Below, piece by piece: positions 1 through 10,385 of a stretch of DNA of 64,000 nt. The DNA is taken from positions 118,647 through 182,646 of the forward strand of contig JAZDKF010000012.1 in assembly GCA_043803225.1 (NCBI GenBank), in the 5' to 3' direction. Under the pieces are notes generated by a model. It was not told where the DNA came from. It searched no databases and worked only from the letters and a program-made list of their open reading frames with translations. The stretch's first letter is position 1, and each line of letters starts with the position of its first letter. A program made the position numbers and the translations under genes. The stretch comes from Candidatus Beckwithbacteria bacterium. GTDB lineage: Bacteria; Patescibacteriota; Microgenomatia; UBA1400; CG1-02-47-37.

Positions 1-1
1 T

Positions 2-1627
2 TCTTATTCAATTATTGCTGGCAAAGACAGCTTAGCCGTTGTTGAAGTTGATGGTAAAAAATACACTCCTCAGGAAATCTCTGCCAAAATTCTCCAAAAA
101 GCTAAAGTTGATGCCGAAGCCTACTTGGGCGGCAAAGTCAGCCAGGCAGTAATTACTGTTCCGGCTTACTTTAATGATGCCCAGCGTCAGGCGACTAAAC
201 AGGCCGGGGAAATTGCCGGCCTTAAGGTTGAGCGGATTATCAATGAACCGACCGCTGCCGCTCTTGCCTATGGTTTGGAAAAGAAAAAAGTCGAAACTAT
301 TGCTGTTTATGACTTAGGCGGCGGCACCTTTGATATTTCCGTGCTGGAATTGGGTGACAATGTTTACGAAGTTAAAGCCACCAATGGCGACACTCACTTG
401 GGCGGCGATGACTTTGACCAAAAAATCATCGACTGGATTACCGCTGAGTTCAAAAAAGAGCACGGAATAGACTTAAAAGCTGATAAGCAGGCTCTGCAAA
501 GAATCAAAGATGCGGCTGAAAAAGCCAAGATTGAGCTGTCTTCAGCCAAAGAAACTGAGATTAACCAGCCTTTTATCACTCAAAGCAAAGACGGTCAGCC
601 GCTTCACTTAACCATGAAGCTGACCCGGGCCAAACTCGAGGAACTGGTTGATGATTTAATTAAACAAACCATGAAACCGGTCAAAGATTGTCTCAAGGAC
701 GCTAAAAAAGATCCTAAAAACATTGATGCGGTCATCATGGTCGGCGGCCAAACCCGCATGCCTAAAGTCCAAGAGGTGGTTAAAGCCTTTTTCGGCCAAG
801 AGCCGAATAAATCAGTTAATCCGGACGAAGTCGTCGCCATTGGCGCTGCGATTCAGGCCGGTGTTTTAATGGGCGATGTCACCGACGTTCTGCTTTTAGA
901 TGTCACTCCGTTAACTTTGGGGATTGAGACCTTGGGGAGCGTTTCTACGCCCTTAATTTCCCGAAACACCACTGTGCCTTCAAGCAAGTCCCAGGTCTTT
1001 TCGACTGCGGCGGATAATCAAACCTCAGTGGAAATCAACGTCCTTCAGGGAGAACGGCCCATGGCTGCGGACAATAAATCCCTAGGCCGCTTTATCTTAG
1101 ACGGGATTCCGCCGAGCCCGCGGGGAGTTCCTCAGATCGAAGTTACCTTTGACATTGATGCTAACGGCATCTTAAATGTCACTGCCAAAGACAAGGCGAC
1201 TAATAAAGAGCAAAAGATCACTATTCAGGGTTCAGCCGGTTTGTCTAAAGAAGAAGTTGAAACCATGACTAAGGAGGCGGAAAAACACGCCGAAGAAGAC
1301 AAGTTGAAAAAAGAAGCGGTTGAAGCCAGAAACCAAGCAGATGCCTTAATCTTTACTGCTGAAAAAACCTTAAAAGATGCCGGCGACAAGGTCAAAGCCG
1401 AAGACAAAACCGCCGTCGAGAAAAAGATTAAAGACCTTAAAGACGTGCTTGATTCAGCCAGTAAAGACGAACTGGAAGCCAAAACTAAAGACTTGTCCGA
1501 GTCTTTGCAAAAGGTTGGCGCGGCGATGTACGAATCGGCTAAAAAAGACGAGCCCAAAGCCGAAGATAAAAAAGATCAGAAAGCCGATAAAAAAGCCGAC
1601 GCCCAAGAAGGTGAAGTAGTCGAATAA
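2..1627 (+). CDS. dnaK: Molecular chaperone DnaK (5'-truncated by window edge)
   Basis: Frame is open from position 2 ([31 protein letters not shown]...). Motifs [36 protein letters not shown]. Confidence 0.98.
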   Translation, partial: SYSIIAGKDSLAVVEVDGKKYTPQEISAKILQKAKVDAEAYLGGKVSQAVITVPAYFNDAQRQATKQAGEIAGLKVERIINEPTAAALAYGLEKKKVETIAVYDLGGGTFDISVLELGDNVYEVKATNGDTHLGGDDFDQKIIDWITAEFKKEHGIDLKADKQALQRIKDAAEKAKIELSSAKETEINQPFITQSKDGQPLHLTMKLTRAKLEELVDDLIKQTMKPVKDCLKDAKKDPKNIDAVIMVGGQTRMPKVQEVVKAFFGQEPNKSVNPDEVVAIGAAIQAGVLMGDVTDVLLLDVTPLTLGIETLGSVSTPLISRNTTVPSSKSQVFSTAADNQTSVEINVLQGERPMAADNKSLGRFILDGIPPSPRGVPQIEVTFDIDANGILNVTAKDKATNKEQKITIQGSAGLSKEEVETMTKEAEKHAEEDKLKKEAVEARNQADALIFTAEKTLKDAGDKVKAEDKTAVEKKIKDLKDVLDSASKDELEAKTKDLSESLQKVGAAMYESAKKDEPKAEDKKDQKADKKADAQEGEVVE

Positions 1628-1650
1628 AAGTTAATAAATTAAGGAGAATT

Positions 1651-2058
1651 ATGTCTGACTTAAAGTTAGAATTTCTAACCTTGTGCGATTTTGCTATGAC
1701 TTCCAGCGAGGGCAAGTTATCTGTTATTGGTATGTTTGATCGGATGTTCGTTACCGAAACTCCATCAAGTTTTCTTAGGTTTTTTATTGTAGCCATATTA
1801 ACGGGAAAGCCAAACACGGAAGTAAAAATCTCATTTAACATTCAATTACCTTCAAGAAAAGAAGTCAAGCCAAAAGAAATGACGATTAAAATTAGTACCG
1901 GCGGGAAAATTAATATTATTAATGACGTGCCGAACTTCCCACTTCCTGAAGTTGGCGAGTATAAACTTTCTCTTAAATCCGGCGGGAAAAATTTAGGCTC
2001 AACATCTTTTATTGTTTCAAAAGTATCTGTACAAAGTAATAAGAAAATCGTTAACTAA
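1651..2058 (+). CDS. Hypothetical protein, DUF6941-like
   Basis: AAGGAG SD upstream. N-terminal LCDFA...GKLSVIGMFD pattern; beta-rich. Confidence 0.6.
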   Translation: MSDLKLEFLTLCDFAMTSSEGKLSVIGMFDRMFVTETPSSFLRFFIVAILTGKPNTEVKISFNIQLPSRKEVKPKEMTIKISTGGKINIINDVPNFPLPEVGEYKLSLKSGGKNLGSTSFIVSKVSVQSNKKIVN

Positions 2059-2079
2059 TTATTATGCGGGGAGATAAAA

Positions 2080-2430
2080 ATGGACAATCAAGAAAATGGA
2101 CAAATTTTAGTTTATGGCAGCGACAGAACAGGAACTGTTTCCAATACAGGGATTAAGGAAGCAGAACAAAACAGTGAATCAGGATCACAAACTATTGTAA
2201 TGCATAAAAGTGACCTGGAGTTGATGACAATAGGTCAATTAATTGAGAAATATTCTTCTTTAAAAGAAAAAATTGATACCCAAAACCAAAAAATAGAACA
2301 CTTGGAAAATATTATTAATAGTTTGAGTAAACAAGTAGTCTCTTTAGAAAAATGGAACTTTTTTAAGAGGTTTTATTATTTCGTGGCTGGTTTTATTAAA
2401 AAGAAAGTAGATAATTTAATTTCATTATGA
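2080..2430 (+). CDS. Hypothetical protein with coiled coil
   Basis: 116-aa AT-rich ORF with heptad segment. Stop overlaps the dnaJ start (ATGA). Confidence 0.6.
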   Translation: MDNQENGQILVYGSDRTGTVSNTGIKEAEQNSESGSQTIVMHKSDLELMTIGQLIEKYSSLKEKIDTQNQKIEHLENIINSLSKQVVSLEKWNFFKRFYYFVAGFIKKKVDNLISL

Positions 2431-3284
2431 CCACTAAACGGGACTTTTACGAAGTCTTAGGTGTTTCTAAGACCGCCTCTGCCGCGGAGCTGAAAAAAGC
2501 TTACCGTCAGTTGGCGTTAAAGTATCATCCTGATCGCAATAAAGCTGCTGACGCCGCCGAGAAATTTAAAGAAATTTCCGAAGCCTATGAAGTTTTAAGC
2601 AATCCGGAAAAGAAACAGACTTACGATCAATACGGCCACGCTGCTTTTGACCCCAGCCAGGGTTTTGGCGCCGGCGGTTCTCAAACCTACCGTCAGGGGC
2701 CGTTTACCTACACTTACACTACCGGAGGGGCACCCGGCGGTGGTTTTGATTTCGGCGGCTTTTCTGATCCCTTTGAAATCTTTGAAAGTTTCTTTGGCGG
2801 CGGTTCGCCTTTCCGTCAAGCCCGGATTCCCCGCTATGGTTTAACCATTGATTTTATGGAAGCAGTTAAGGGCTGCCAGCGGACTTTGGTTCATCAGGGG
2901 AGAGAGTACACTATAAAAATTCCCGCTGGCGCTGACGACGGCACCCGGATTAGGTTTAACGATTTTTACGTGACGATTGAAGTTAAACCCCACTCGATTT
3001 TCAAGCGCGACGGCGTCGATTTATTTATTAACCAGGAGCTGTCTTTTTCTCAAGCCGCCCTTGGTACGATTATCGAAGTTCCTACCGTTGACGGCCAGCT
3101 TAAATTAAAAGTCCGTCCCGGCACCCAGCCGAATACTTTGGTCCGCCTGCGCGGCCAGGGTATGCCTCATCTTCGCGGCCGCGGCCGCGGCGACCAATAC
3201 GTCCGCCTGATTATCAAAGTCCCCGAACACCTCTCCCGTTCTCAACGCCAGCTTCTCGAAGAATTCGAAGAAGAAAAGGGGTAA
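2427..3284 (+). CDS. dnaJ: DnaJ-family co-chaperone lacking the zinc finger (class II)
   Basis: J domain with YHPD, G/F-rich linker and DnaJ_C domain. No CxxCxGxG repeats. Confidence 0.93.
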   Translation: MTTKRDFYEVLGVSKTASAAELKKAYRQLALKYHPDRNKAADAAEKFKEISEAYEVLSNPEKKQTYDQYGHAAFDPSQGFGAGGSQTYRQGPFTYTYTTGGAPGGGFDFGGFSDPFEIFESFFGGGSPFRQARIPRYGLTIDFMEAVKGCQRTLVHQGREYTIKIPAGADDGTRIRFNDFYVTIEVKPHSIFKRDGVDLFINQELSFSQAALGTIIEVPTVDGQLKLKVRPGTQPNTLVRLRGQGMPHLRGRGRGDQYVRLIIKVPEHLSRSQRQLLEEFEEEKG

Positions 3285-3285
3285 G

Positions 3286-3951
3286 TTAGGTTAACTTAAC
3301 TAAAATATTTTTTCTGGAATATTCCACATTTCTTGCTTTGGTTGCCAAATCCAAAAAAATATTCACTCCGTCAATTACCCCGAGCCAGCAACGCACAATA
3401 TAAGTCACGCCATTGATAACAATGAAATGAGGCTTGAAACTGTTGCCATAAATTAATTTAACAAGAGAAATAACTTCTTGAGCTGACAATTTGGTATCAA
3501 GATCAATTTGGACATGAGGCAACCAATATTCTTTCCATTTATCATTAGTTTTTTCAATCGGAACCATTTCTATCATTGGCTTTTCCCATTGATCTGTATT
3601 TCCCAGAAATAACCACAACCCATCATCATTTGAAGGTTCTTCATACAGATGAATTTTAGTTTTTTTAGCTAATTTAATTAATCTTAATTTTTCCTGAATA
3701 TTTGAAAAGGTTTTATAGCAAAAACCAACATGGTTAAGCCGGATAATTGAACTAGACAATTTATCCGTCAACTTCTTTAGCTTATTAAAATCAATTGGCA
3801 TGTTTGATAAGTTGCTTTTATGTTTAATTAAAAGCGGAACAATATCGCCAAGAGGGGTAATAATTTTATTATTGGTTATCTTAAGTAAATTAGTGTTTAG
3901 GTTTAATGTTTCTAAAACTTTTTCAAAAGCTAAAATAAAATCTTTATTCAT
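3286..3951 (-). CDS. Hypothetical protein (possibly VOC/glyoxalase-like fold)
   Basis: 221-aa AT-rich ORF with LNHVGF and PHVQIDLD motifs. TATAAT on the - strand lies 7 nt before the ATG. Confidence 0.65.
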   Translation of the reverse strand: MNKDFILAFEKVLETLNLNTNLLKITNNKIITPLGDIVPLLIKHKSNLSNMPIDFNKLKKLTDKLSSSIIRLNHVGFCYKTFSNIQEKLRLIKLAKKTKIHLYEEPSNDDGLWLFLGNTDQWEKPMIEMVPIEKTNDKWKEYWLPHVQIDLDTKLSAQEVISLVKLIYGNSFKPHFIVINGVTYIVRCWLGVIDGVNIFLDLATKARNVEYSRKNILVKLT

Positions 3952-4048
3952 TAAATAGATTATAATTGATTTCTGTGAAACAATTACCCGTTAAGCCCGC
4001 CCCAGCCGGAAAAACCCGTCCCCGATGGTTCCTGCGCCGGATAAGCCG

Positions 4049-4103
4049 TGACTCGATTTATGACCCGATTATGACCCGATTACTCTTGACAAAATCGGGT
4101 CAT
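4049..4103. repeat. Array of ATGACCCGATT motifs (3 direct, 1 inverted); probable operator
   Basis: tgactcgatt 4049, atgacccgatt 4060 and 4071, inverted aatcgggtcat 4093-4103 inside the promoter spacer. Confidence 0.8.
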
Positions 4104-4114
4104 TTTGTTAAAAT
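4086..4114 (+). promoter_or_regulatory. Sigma70 promoter of fic gene
   Basis: TTGACA-17 bp-TAAAAT with TG extension; 9 nt before the ATG. Confidence 0.8.
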
Positions 4115-4123
4115 ATCAATATT

Positions 4124-5167
4124 ATGGCTTTTAATCCTCTTTTTTCGATTACCCCAAAACTAACTAATTTACTTACGGAAATTGCCGTCTGCCGGGAAAA
4201 GATTCTGTCTTTAAAAGTCTTGCCTCAAAGAGAGATCGGTTTAATCAAAAGTGCCCGCTTAAGAATGATCCATTCCTCAACTGCGATTGAAGGAAATTTG
4301 CTTAATTTAAGAGAAGTTGAAGCTGTTTTATCCGGTAAAACAGTGGCTAATGTCAAAAATGACGATATTATCGAAGTCCAAAATTATGAAAGAGTCTTAA
4401 AATTTATTGACACTTTAGATAATAATAAAAAAATTGACTGGGAGAAACTAGTTTTAACTATCCATCGTTTAACCACCGCAAAACTTTTACCAAAAAAAGA
4501 TAGCGGCCATTATCGCCGCGGTCCGGTTTATATTATTCAAAGACCTTTAAATAAAATTATTTATACCGCTCCTGATTTTAAAAAAGTGCCTCAATTAATG
4601 AACGACTTATTTTTATGGCTTGAGAACGAAGTTGTAAAACAATTATCTCCGGTAATTGCCGCCGCCATCACTCACCATCAGTTTGTTACCATCCACCCTT
4701 TTATTGATGGGAACGGTCGGACTGCTAGAGCTTGGGCAACTATAGTTTTATATAGCCGCGGTTATGATATTAAAAGAATATTTGCCTTAGAAGATTATTA
4801 CAATCTGGATCGTGATGCTTACTATGATGCTATTAAGCGGGTGAGGCAGGAAAAAAATTTAACTTTCTGGTTAGAATATTTTGCCGAAGGGTTTCTCAAA
4901 GAACTGCGGCAGATTTTGGAAAAAATGGAACTGTTTTCTTTGGAAGCCAAAACCAAAAAAGATCCGGTTTATTTAAATCAGCGCCAACGGGATATCTTGG
5001 AATTTGTTGCCATTAACCGAAAAATATTTCGTTCCGATGTTGTCGACATTGTCAGCGTTAGCCCGAAAACCGCCTATCGGGAGTTGGAGTTTTTAAGGCA
5101 AAAAGGTTTGATAAAAAGAAAGGGTGACGGGCCAAGCAGCCATTATGTTTTAGCGGAAAAATTATGA
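4124..5167 (+). CDS. Fic family protein with C-terminal winged HTH
   Basis: Catalytic HPFIDGNGRTAR motif, inhibitory SSTAIEGN motif, DeoR-like HTH (VSPKTAYRELEFL). Confidence 0.93.
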   Translation: MAFNPLFSITPKLTNLLTEIAVCREKILSLKVLPQREIGLIKSARLRMIHSSTAIEGNLLNLREVEAVLSGKTVANVKNDDIIEVQNYERVLKFIDTLDNNKKIDWEKLVLTIHRLTTAKLLPKKDSGHYRRGPVYIIQRPLNKIIYTAPDFKKVPQLMNDLFLWLENEVVKQLSPVIAAAITHHQFVTIHPFIDGNGRTARAWATIVLYSRGYDIKRIFALEDYYNLDRDAYYDAIKRVRQEKNLTFWLEYFAEGFLKELRQILEKMELFSLEAKTKKDPVYLNQRQRDILEFVAINRKIFRSDVVDIVSVSPKTAYRELEFLRQKGLIKRKGDGPSSHYVLAEKL

Positions 5168-5700
5168 CACACTATATTATTTTCGGCGACTCGATTGGGT
5201 TAGGCGAGGGTGATCCGGTCGGCGGCTGGGTTAAAAAATTAAGTCAAAAATATTCTGTTGAAAACCTCAGTCTTGACGGCGCTACCACTAAAGACTTACT
5301 TAATCACTTTCCCTCCAGTTTTAACCCCCAAACTACTTTTATTATTGCCCTTGGCGTTAATGACTCGATTTTTCTCTCCCTAACCCAATTTAACCAAAAC
5401 CTAATTCAATTAATTAAACTTGCACAAAAAAGTACTCAAAAAATTATCCTTATTGGTCCTGCTCTGGTAGACGAATTAAAAGTTAATCCGATTCCTTGGG
5501 AGCCAAATTACTCTTATCTTAATGAATCAATTACTCGGTTTAATCAAACAATTGCCGAAATTTGTTCCAAGAAAAAACTAAAATTTATTGATCTGTTTCA
5601 CCAGCTTCCGCCTGACTATATTAAAACCCTTGATGACGGCGTTCACCCGAACCACGCCGGCCATAAAATGATTTTTGATATTATTAAGAACAACCTATGA
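5164..5700 (+). CDS. SGNH/GDSL hydrolase
   Basis: FGDSI, GVND and DGVHPN blocks. Confidence 0.9.
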   Translation: MTHYIIFGDSIGLGEGDPVGGWVKKLSQKYSVENLSLDGATTKDLLNHFPSSFNPQTTFIIALGVNDSIFLSLTQFNQNLIQLIKLAQKSTQKIILIGPALVDELKVNPIPWEPNYSYLNESITRFNQTIAEICSKKKLKFIDLFHQLPPDYIKTLDDGVHPNHAGHKMIFDIIKNNL

Positions 5701-6425
5701 ATCCATTATTTTTAATTCTGCTTGCTACTTTTCTTGTCAGCTTGGGCGGCTTGATCGGCGTTTTTACCTTGAGCTTGAACCATAAAAAACTTCACTCATT
5801 TTTATTAACTTTGGTCTCCCTTTCTGCCGGCGCCTTGATGGGCGGCGCTTTTCTTCATCTATTACCTGAAGCGCTTAGCGTTCTTCCCGGCCAGCTGGCT
5901 TTAAGTTTAACTCTTTACAGTTTTATCGGATTTTTTTTGATCGAAAAGATTTTCCACTGGCGCCACTGCCACCAGGAACACTGTAAAATTCACGCTTTTG
6001 GCTATTTAAACTTATTGGGTGATAGTCTTCATAATTTTATTGACGGCCTGATTATTGCCGGAGCTTTTCTTGCCAACCCTCACTTAGGTTGGATCACAAC
6101 TTTGGCAATTGCTTTGCATGAAATTCCTCAGGAAATCGGCGATTTTGGCGTCTTGCTTTACTCCGGCTGGTCTCAAAAACGTGCCCTTATCGCTAACTTT
6201 GGCGTGGCTTTAACTGCAGTTTTTGGCGGCCTGACCGGCTACTACTTAGCCGGCACAGTTTCTTTAACTCAGTCCCTCTTGCCCCTGGCCGCCGGCGGTT
6301 TTATCTACATTGCCGCCTCTGACCTTCTGCCTGAGCTGAAAAAAGAAACCCGGCCTAAAAAAATCCTGGTTAACTTTCTCTTCTTCATACTTGGCGTCTT
6401 GTTAATGTTTATCTTTAAAGATTAA
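5697..6425 (+). CDS. ZIP family metal transporter
   Basis: HNFIDG and HEIPQEIGD motifs, His-rich loop, multiple TM helices. Confidence 0.93.
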   Translation: MNPLFLILLATFLVSLGGLIGVFTLSLNHKKLHSFLLTLVSLSAGALMGGAFLHLLPEALSVLPGQLALSLTLYSFIGFFLIEKIFHWRHCHQEHCKIHAFGYLNLLGDSLHNFIDGLIIAGAFLANPHLGWITTLAIALHEIPQEIGDFGVLLYSGWSQKRALIANFGVALTAVFGGLTGYYLAGTVSLTQSLLPLAAGGFIYIAASDLLPELKKETRPKKILVNFLFFILGVLLMFIFKD

Positions 6426-6469
6426 TCAAAATGTGCTAAACTACACCATTGTTATTAGCAGTTTAGAGG

Positions 6470-6492
6470 AGGCGGGTTATACTCGCCTTTTT
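6470..6492 (+). terminator. Terminator-like hairpin in the nusA leader (possible attenuator)
   Basis: aggcgggt-tat-actcgcct followed by T run, downstream of extended -10 TGcTAAACT (6434-6442). Confidence 0.6.
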
Positions 6493-6501
6493 AATTAATA
6501 T

Positions 6502-7716
6502 ATGGACCTAACTAACCTACCTAAGTCAGCCAGGACCGAGTTTACTTCGGCCCTTAACCAGATTTGTGCTGAGCGGGGAATTTCTCCTCAAGCGGTAATT
6601 GACTCGATCAAAACCGCTCTAATTGCTGCTTATAAAAAAGACTCATGTTTAGTCGAAGATGTTGAAGGTATTGGTTACGTAGCTGAATTGGATGAGATTA
6701 CCGGTTCCGCGAAAATTTTTGAAGTTGATGATAAAGGCAATAAAAAAGACATTACCCCCCCTGGCTTTGGCCGGATTGCTGCCCAAACCGCCAAGCAGGT
6801 AATTTTACAAAAAATCCGCGAAGAAGAAAAAGACGCTATTATTACTGAATATCAGGATAAAATCGGCGCCTTAGTCAACGGCATGGTTTTAAGATTCGAT
6901 GGCCAGTTTATTATCTGCGATATTGGCCGCGGCCAGGGATTGATGCCGCCGGAAGAACAGGCAGGTAATGAACGCTACCGCTTAAACCAACGTCTGACTT
7001 TATACATCAAAGATATTAAAGAAACCGTCAAAGGCAATCAAATTATTATCTCCCGCGCCGATCCCCAGTTAGTCATTGAACTTTTTAAACGCGAAGTCCC
7101 TGAAGTTAACTCCGGCGCCGTTGAGATTAAGGTTATTGCTCGGGAAGCCGGTAGTCGTTCTAAGGTTGCGGTTGCCTCGTCTCAGGCTGGTGTTGATCCG
7201 GTTGGCTCCTGCGTTGGTCAAAAAGGCGTCCGGGTCCAATCGATCATCAACGAACTTGGCGGCGAAAAGATCGACATTATTGAATACTCTGATAACTTGG
7301 CTCAGTTTATCACTGCCGCTCTTCAACCAGCCGACAATCTTAAGGTTAAATTAAACGAAAAAACTAAAATTGCTGATGTGACTGCGCCTGAAGACCAACT
7401 GTCTTTAGCCATTGGCCGCGATGGCCAAAATGTCCGTCTGGCTGCTAAGCTGACCGGGTACAAGATCAACCTTCAAGGACCTAAGGGCAAAAAAGTGACC
7501 GCTACTAAAGATGATGCTGAGTTTGAAATTGACACCTTAAAACTTTCCCGCCGCACCAGGAATGCCTTAATTGCCGCTAAAATTACCACCATTGCTGATC
7601 TGAAGTCTTTATCCGAAGCTGACTTAAACGCGATTAAAGGTTTAGGCCCTAAAGCAATTATTGAGATTAAGGAGAAGACTAGTGCCAAAAAAACCGCCCC
7701 CAAAAAAACCGCTTAA
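6502..7716 (+). CDS. nusA: Transcription factor NusA with C-terminal RNAP alpha-CTD-like domain
   Basis: FGRIAAQTAKQVI, AREAGSRSKVAV, LSLAIGRDGQNVRLA motifs. Tail IDTLKLSRRTRNAL...IKGLGPK. Confidence 0.95.
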   Translation: MDLTNLPKSARTEFTSALNQICAERGISPQAVIDSIKTALIAAYKKDSCLVEDVEGIGYVAELDEITGSAKIFEVDDKGNKKDITPPGFGRIAAQTAKQVILQKIREEEKDAIITEYQDKIGALVNGMVLRFDGQFIICDIGRGQGLMPPEEQAGNERYRLNQRLTLYIKDIKETVKGNQIIISRADPQLVIELFKREVPEVNSGAVEIKVIAREAGSRSKVAVASSQAGVDPVGSCVGQKGVRVQSIINELGGEKIDIIEYSDNLAQFITAALQPADNLKVKLNEKTKIADVTAPEDQLSLAIGRDGQNVRLAAKLTGYKINLQGPKGKKVTATKDDAEFEIDTLKLSRRTRNALIAAKITTIADLKSLSEADLNAIKGLGPKAIIEIKEKTSAKKTAPKKTA

Positions 7717-9091
7717 AGTTTCTTCCCGGCCGCCGGTAATTACCGTTATGGGCCATATTGACCATGGGAAAACCACTCTGTTGGATGCCTTACGCCAAAC
7801 CCATGTGGCTGATAAAGAATCTGGTGGAATCACTCAGCACGTTGGCGCCTATCAGGTAGAATTTCAAGGCAGGAAAGTAACTTTTATTGATACTCCCGGC
7901 CATGCTGCTTTTGCTTCAATGCGCTCCCGCGGCGTCCAGGCGACCGACTTAGTCGTCTTAGTGATTGATGCTGTCGAAAGCGTCAAACCCCAAACCAAAG
8001 AATGCTTAGAACACATTAAGGCTGCCAAGGTTCCTTTTTTGGTGGCGATAAATAAAATTGACTTGCCCAATGCCTCTAGCGCCATTGTTAAAAAAGACTT
8101 GGCTGACAGTGGTGTTATGGTCGAAGGTTATGGCGGCGACATTGTCTGTGTGGAAATCTCTGCCAAAATGAAAACCAACCTCGATCAGTTGCTGGAAATG
8201 ATCCTGCTTTCTGCTGATATGTTAGTCTTACCCAATGAGCCAACTGCTCCTTTAGAGGCAGTAGTTATCGAATCCTCATTAGACAAGCAACGTGGCCCAG
8301 TCGCCACAGTGATTGTTAAAAAAGGCACCCTTAAACTAGGGGACGAATTAAACCTGGGCGGTGCGGTTGGAAAAATCAAAGCCTTATGTAACGAAACTGG
8401 TGCCCAGTTAACTCAAGTCCTGCCTGGCTGTCCCGCCCAAATCTTAGGCTTCAAAACCGTTCCTAGCGTTGGCGCCACCAATGTTTCTGCTGCGCCAGTT
8501 GATTTAGATCCTTTATCCAAAACTCTAAAAGTAATTCTTAAAGCCGATGTTGCCGGTACTTTGGAAGCCATTTCTCAAAACTTAAGCTCTGAAGTTACTC
8601 TTGTCGCCACCGGTTTAGGCGAGGTCGGTGAAGCTGATGTCGCCTTGGCCCAGTCTACTGGCGCTAAAATCATTGCCTTTCGGGTCAAAACCACGGCTTC
8701 GGCCCAAAAACTGGCTGAGATTGAAAAAATCTTCATTAAAAACTACTCCCTGATTCACGAACTTTTAGACGATCTTCAAACTCAGATCTTAAAACTTTTA
8801 GAACCGACAATTGATGAAGAAATTTTAGGCACAGCCAAAATTATTGCCCAGTTCACCGCCAAAGGCGATAAGATTGCCGGCTGTCTGGTGAATTCCGGCA
8901 AACTCACCTCAGGTGACTTAGTTCACCTGATTCGAAACAAAGCCCAGTTTGCTCAAGGGAAAATTAAATCAATTCACCAGGGGAAAGATACGGTTGATAA
9001 AGCCAAGCGCGGCGAAGAATATGGCATTAGCTTTACCAGCCCGCTCGATTTCCAGCCCAAAGACACTCTTCAGGCTTATAAAAAAATCTAA
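7682..9091 (+). CDS. infB: Translation initiation factor IF-2 (minimal form)
   Basis: RPPVITVMGHIDHGKTT, DTPGH, NKID motifs. Start placed at GTG 7682, 7 nt after AAGGAG (7669-7674); overlaps the nusA 3' end. Confidence 0.92.
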   Translation: MPKKPPPKKPLKVSSRPPVITVMGHIDHGKTTLLDALRQTHVADKESGGITQHVGAYQVEFQGRKVTFIDTPGHAAFASMRSRGVQATDLVVLVIDAVESVKPQTKECLEHIKAAKVPFLVAINKIDLPNASSAIVKKDLADSGVMVEGYGGDIVCVEISAKMKTNLDQLLEMILLSADMLVLPNEPTAPLEAVVIESSLDKQRGPVATVIVKKGTLKLGDELNLGGAVGKIKALCNETGAQLTQVLPGCPAQILGFKTVPSVGATNVSAAPVDLDPLSKTLKVILKADVAGTLEAISQNLSSEVTLVATGLGEVGEADVALAQSTGAKIIAFRVKTTASAQKLAEIEKIFIKNYSLIHELLDDLQTQILKLLEPTIDEEILGTAKIIAQFTAKGDKIAGCLVNSGKLTSGDLVHLIRNKAQFAQGKIKSIHQGKDTVDKAKRGEEYGISFTSPLDFQPKDTLQAYKKI

Positions 9092-9156
9092 CCTTTATCC
9101 TATAGCTTTACTTCTATCCCTGATTCTGTTAAAATCCGACCCTGAAAACCATATTT

Positions 9157-10092
9157 ATGCCCAAAACCTACAATCTTGAACCAATTAAACAGGCGCTTTC
9201 CCAAGCCAAACAAGTTTTAATTTTGCTGCCCCAAAATCCCGAGGTTGACTCTGTGGCCGCCGGTTTGGCTTTATATCTCTCTTTAACCAAGCAATCAATC
9301 AACACTTCGATCGGCTGTTCAACTCAGATAACCGTTGGCTTTAACCGCCTTTTTGGCGTGGATAAAATCAAACCAAGAATCGGCAACCAAAACCTGGTTA
9401 TCTCTTTTACTTACCCTGAAGACAATCTGGAAAAAGTCTCCTATGACAAAGACTCTCAAAACCAAAAATTTAACCTTACCATTGAACCTAAAGCCGGCAT
9501 GGATCCTCTGGATATCAACTCGGTTCAATATTCTTACACTGGGTCTAATGCCGATGTTATCTTTGTCATCGGCGCCCGGTCTCTGGAAGATTTAGGCGAA
9601 CTCTATCAAAGCGAGAAAAAACTCTTAGACGATAAAACTAAAACCGTGGTTAATTTATCCAGTCAAGATAGAAACAGTCAGTTTGGCACCGTCAATCTTT
9701 ATGATCCGACCGCCTCTGGTGCCTCTGAGATCATGGTCTGGGTTTTAACTGGTTTGCAGCTGCCCCTGGAATCTGATATGGCCACTAATCTTTTGGCCGG
9801 CATCGAAGCCAAAACTGTTAACTTTACTTCGCCTCAAACTAATGCCGACACTTTTGAAATTGTGGCGCAATTAATGCGCCAGGGAGCTAAAAAAGGCCAC
9901 CTGGCCGCTCCAGCTCCCAGAAATCCGTTTATGGCCAATCCTTCTAACCCAATCCCAACCTGGCCTCGCCCAGTCCAGCCGCCGACTCAATTTTCCAGTT
10001 CAACTTTGGTTCCAACTCAAGCCCCGGCTGCCTCCACTCCGCCTGATTGGCTTAAGCCCAAAATCATAACCTCCTCTAGCCAGCTGGTCTAA
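9157..10092 (+). CDS. Degenerate DHH-family (NrnA-like) protein
   Basis: DHH-like layout ([13 protein letters not shown]; ASGASEIM; [12 protein letters not shown]) but no DHH triad; Pro-rich tail. Confidence 0.7.
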   Translation: MPKTYNLEPIKQALSQAKQVLILLPQNPEVDSVAAGLALYLSLTKQSINTSIGCSTQITVGFNRLFGVDKIKPRIGNQNLVISFTYPEDNLEKVSYDKDSQNQKFNLTIEPKAGMDPLDINSVQYSYTGSNADVIFVIGARSLEDLGELYQSEKKLLDDKTKTVVNLSSQDRNSQFGTVNLYDPTASGASEIMVWVLTGLQLPLESDMATNLLAGIEAKTVNFTSPQTNADTFEIVAQLMRQGAKKGHLAAPAPRNPFMANPSNPIPTWPRPVQPPTQFSSSTLVPTQAPAASTPPDWLKPKIITSSSQLV

Positions 10093-10112
10093 CTTTTGCT
10101 AGAATACTCCCT

Positions 10113-10382
10113 ATGCCGTTAAAGACCGACAAAAAACAAACGATTATTAAAAAGTTTGCCACTCAAAAAGGAGACACTGGTTCTCCTGAGGTGCAGATTG
10201 CCCTTTTATCTGAGCGGATTAATGACCTTACTCATCATTTAAAAACTCACCTTAAAGACAATCACTCCCGCCGCGGTTTGCTCGCTATGGTTTCTAAGCG
10301 CCGCCGCTTGTTGAATTACTTAAACCGTAAAGATAAAGCCCGCTATCAAGCCATTATTACTAAATTGAAATTAAAAAAATAA
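10113..10382 (+). CDS. rpsO: 30S ribosomal protein S15
   Basis: [22 protein letters not shown]. Confidence 0.98.
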   Translation: MPLKTDKKQTIIKKFATQKGDTGSPEVQIALLSERINDLTHHLKTHLKDNHSRRGLLAMVSKRRRLLNYLNRKDKARYQAIITKLKLKK

Positions 10383-10385
10383 GGA

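Noticed and set aside
3966-4163. 65-aa ORF upstream of fic
   Set aside because: It runs through the operator repeats and promoter and overlaps fic. The GC-rich 5' part may be a gene remnant but could not be identified.
7687-7708. A7 tracts as a NusA-IF2 programmed frameshift
   Set aside because: An SD plus in-frame GTG at 7682 explains infB initiation more simply.
9135-9145. tccgaccctga, resembling the right half of the palindrome
   Set aside because: Only a 10-11 bp half-site with no left arm; could be chance.
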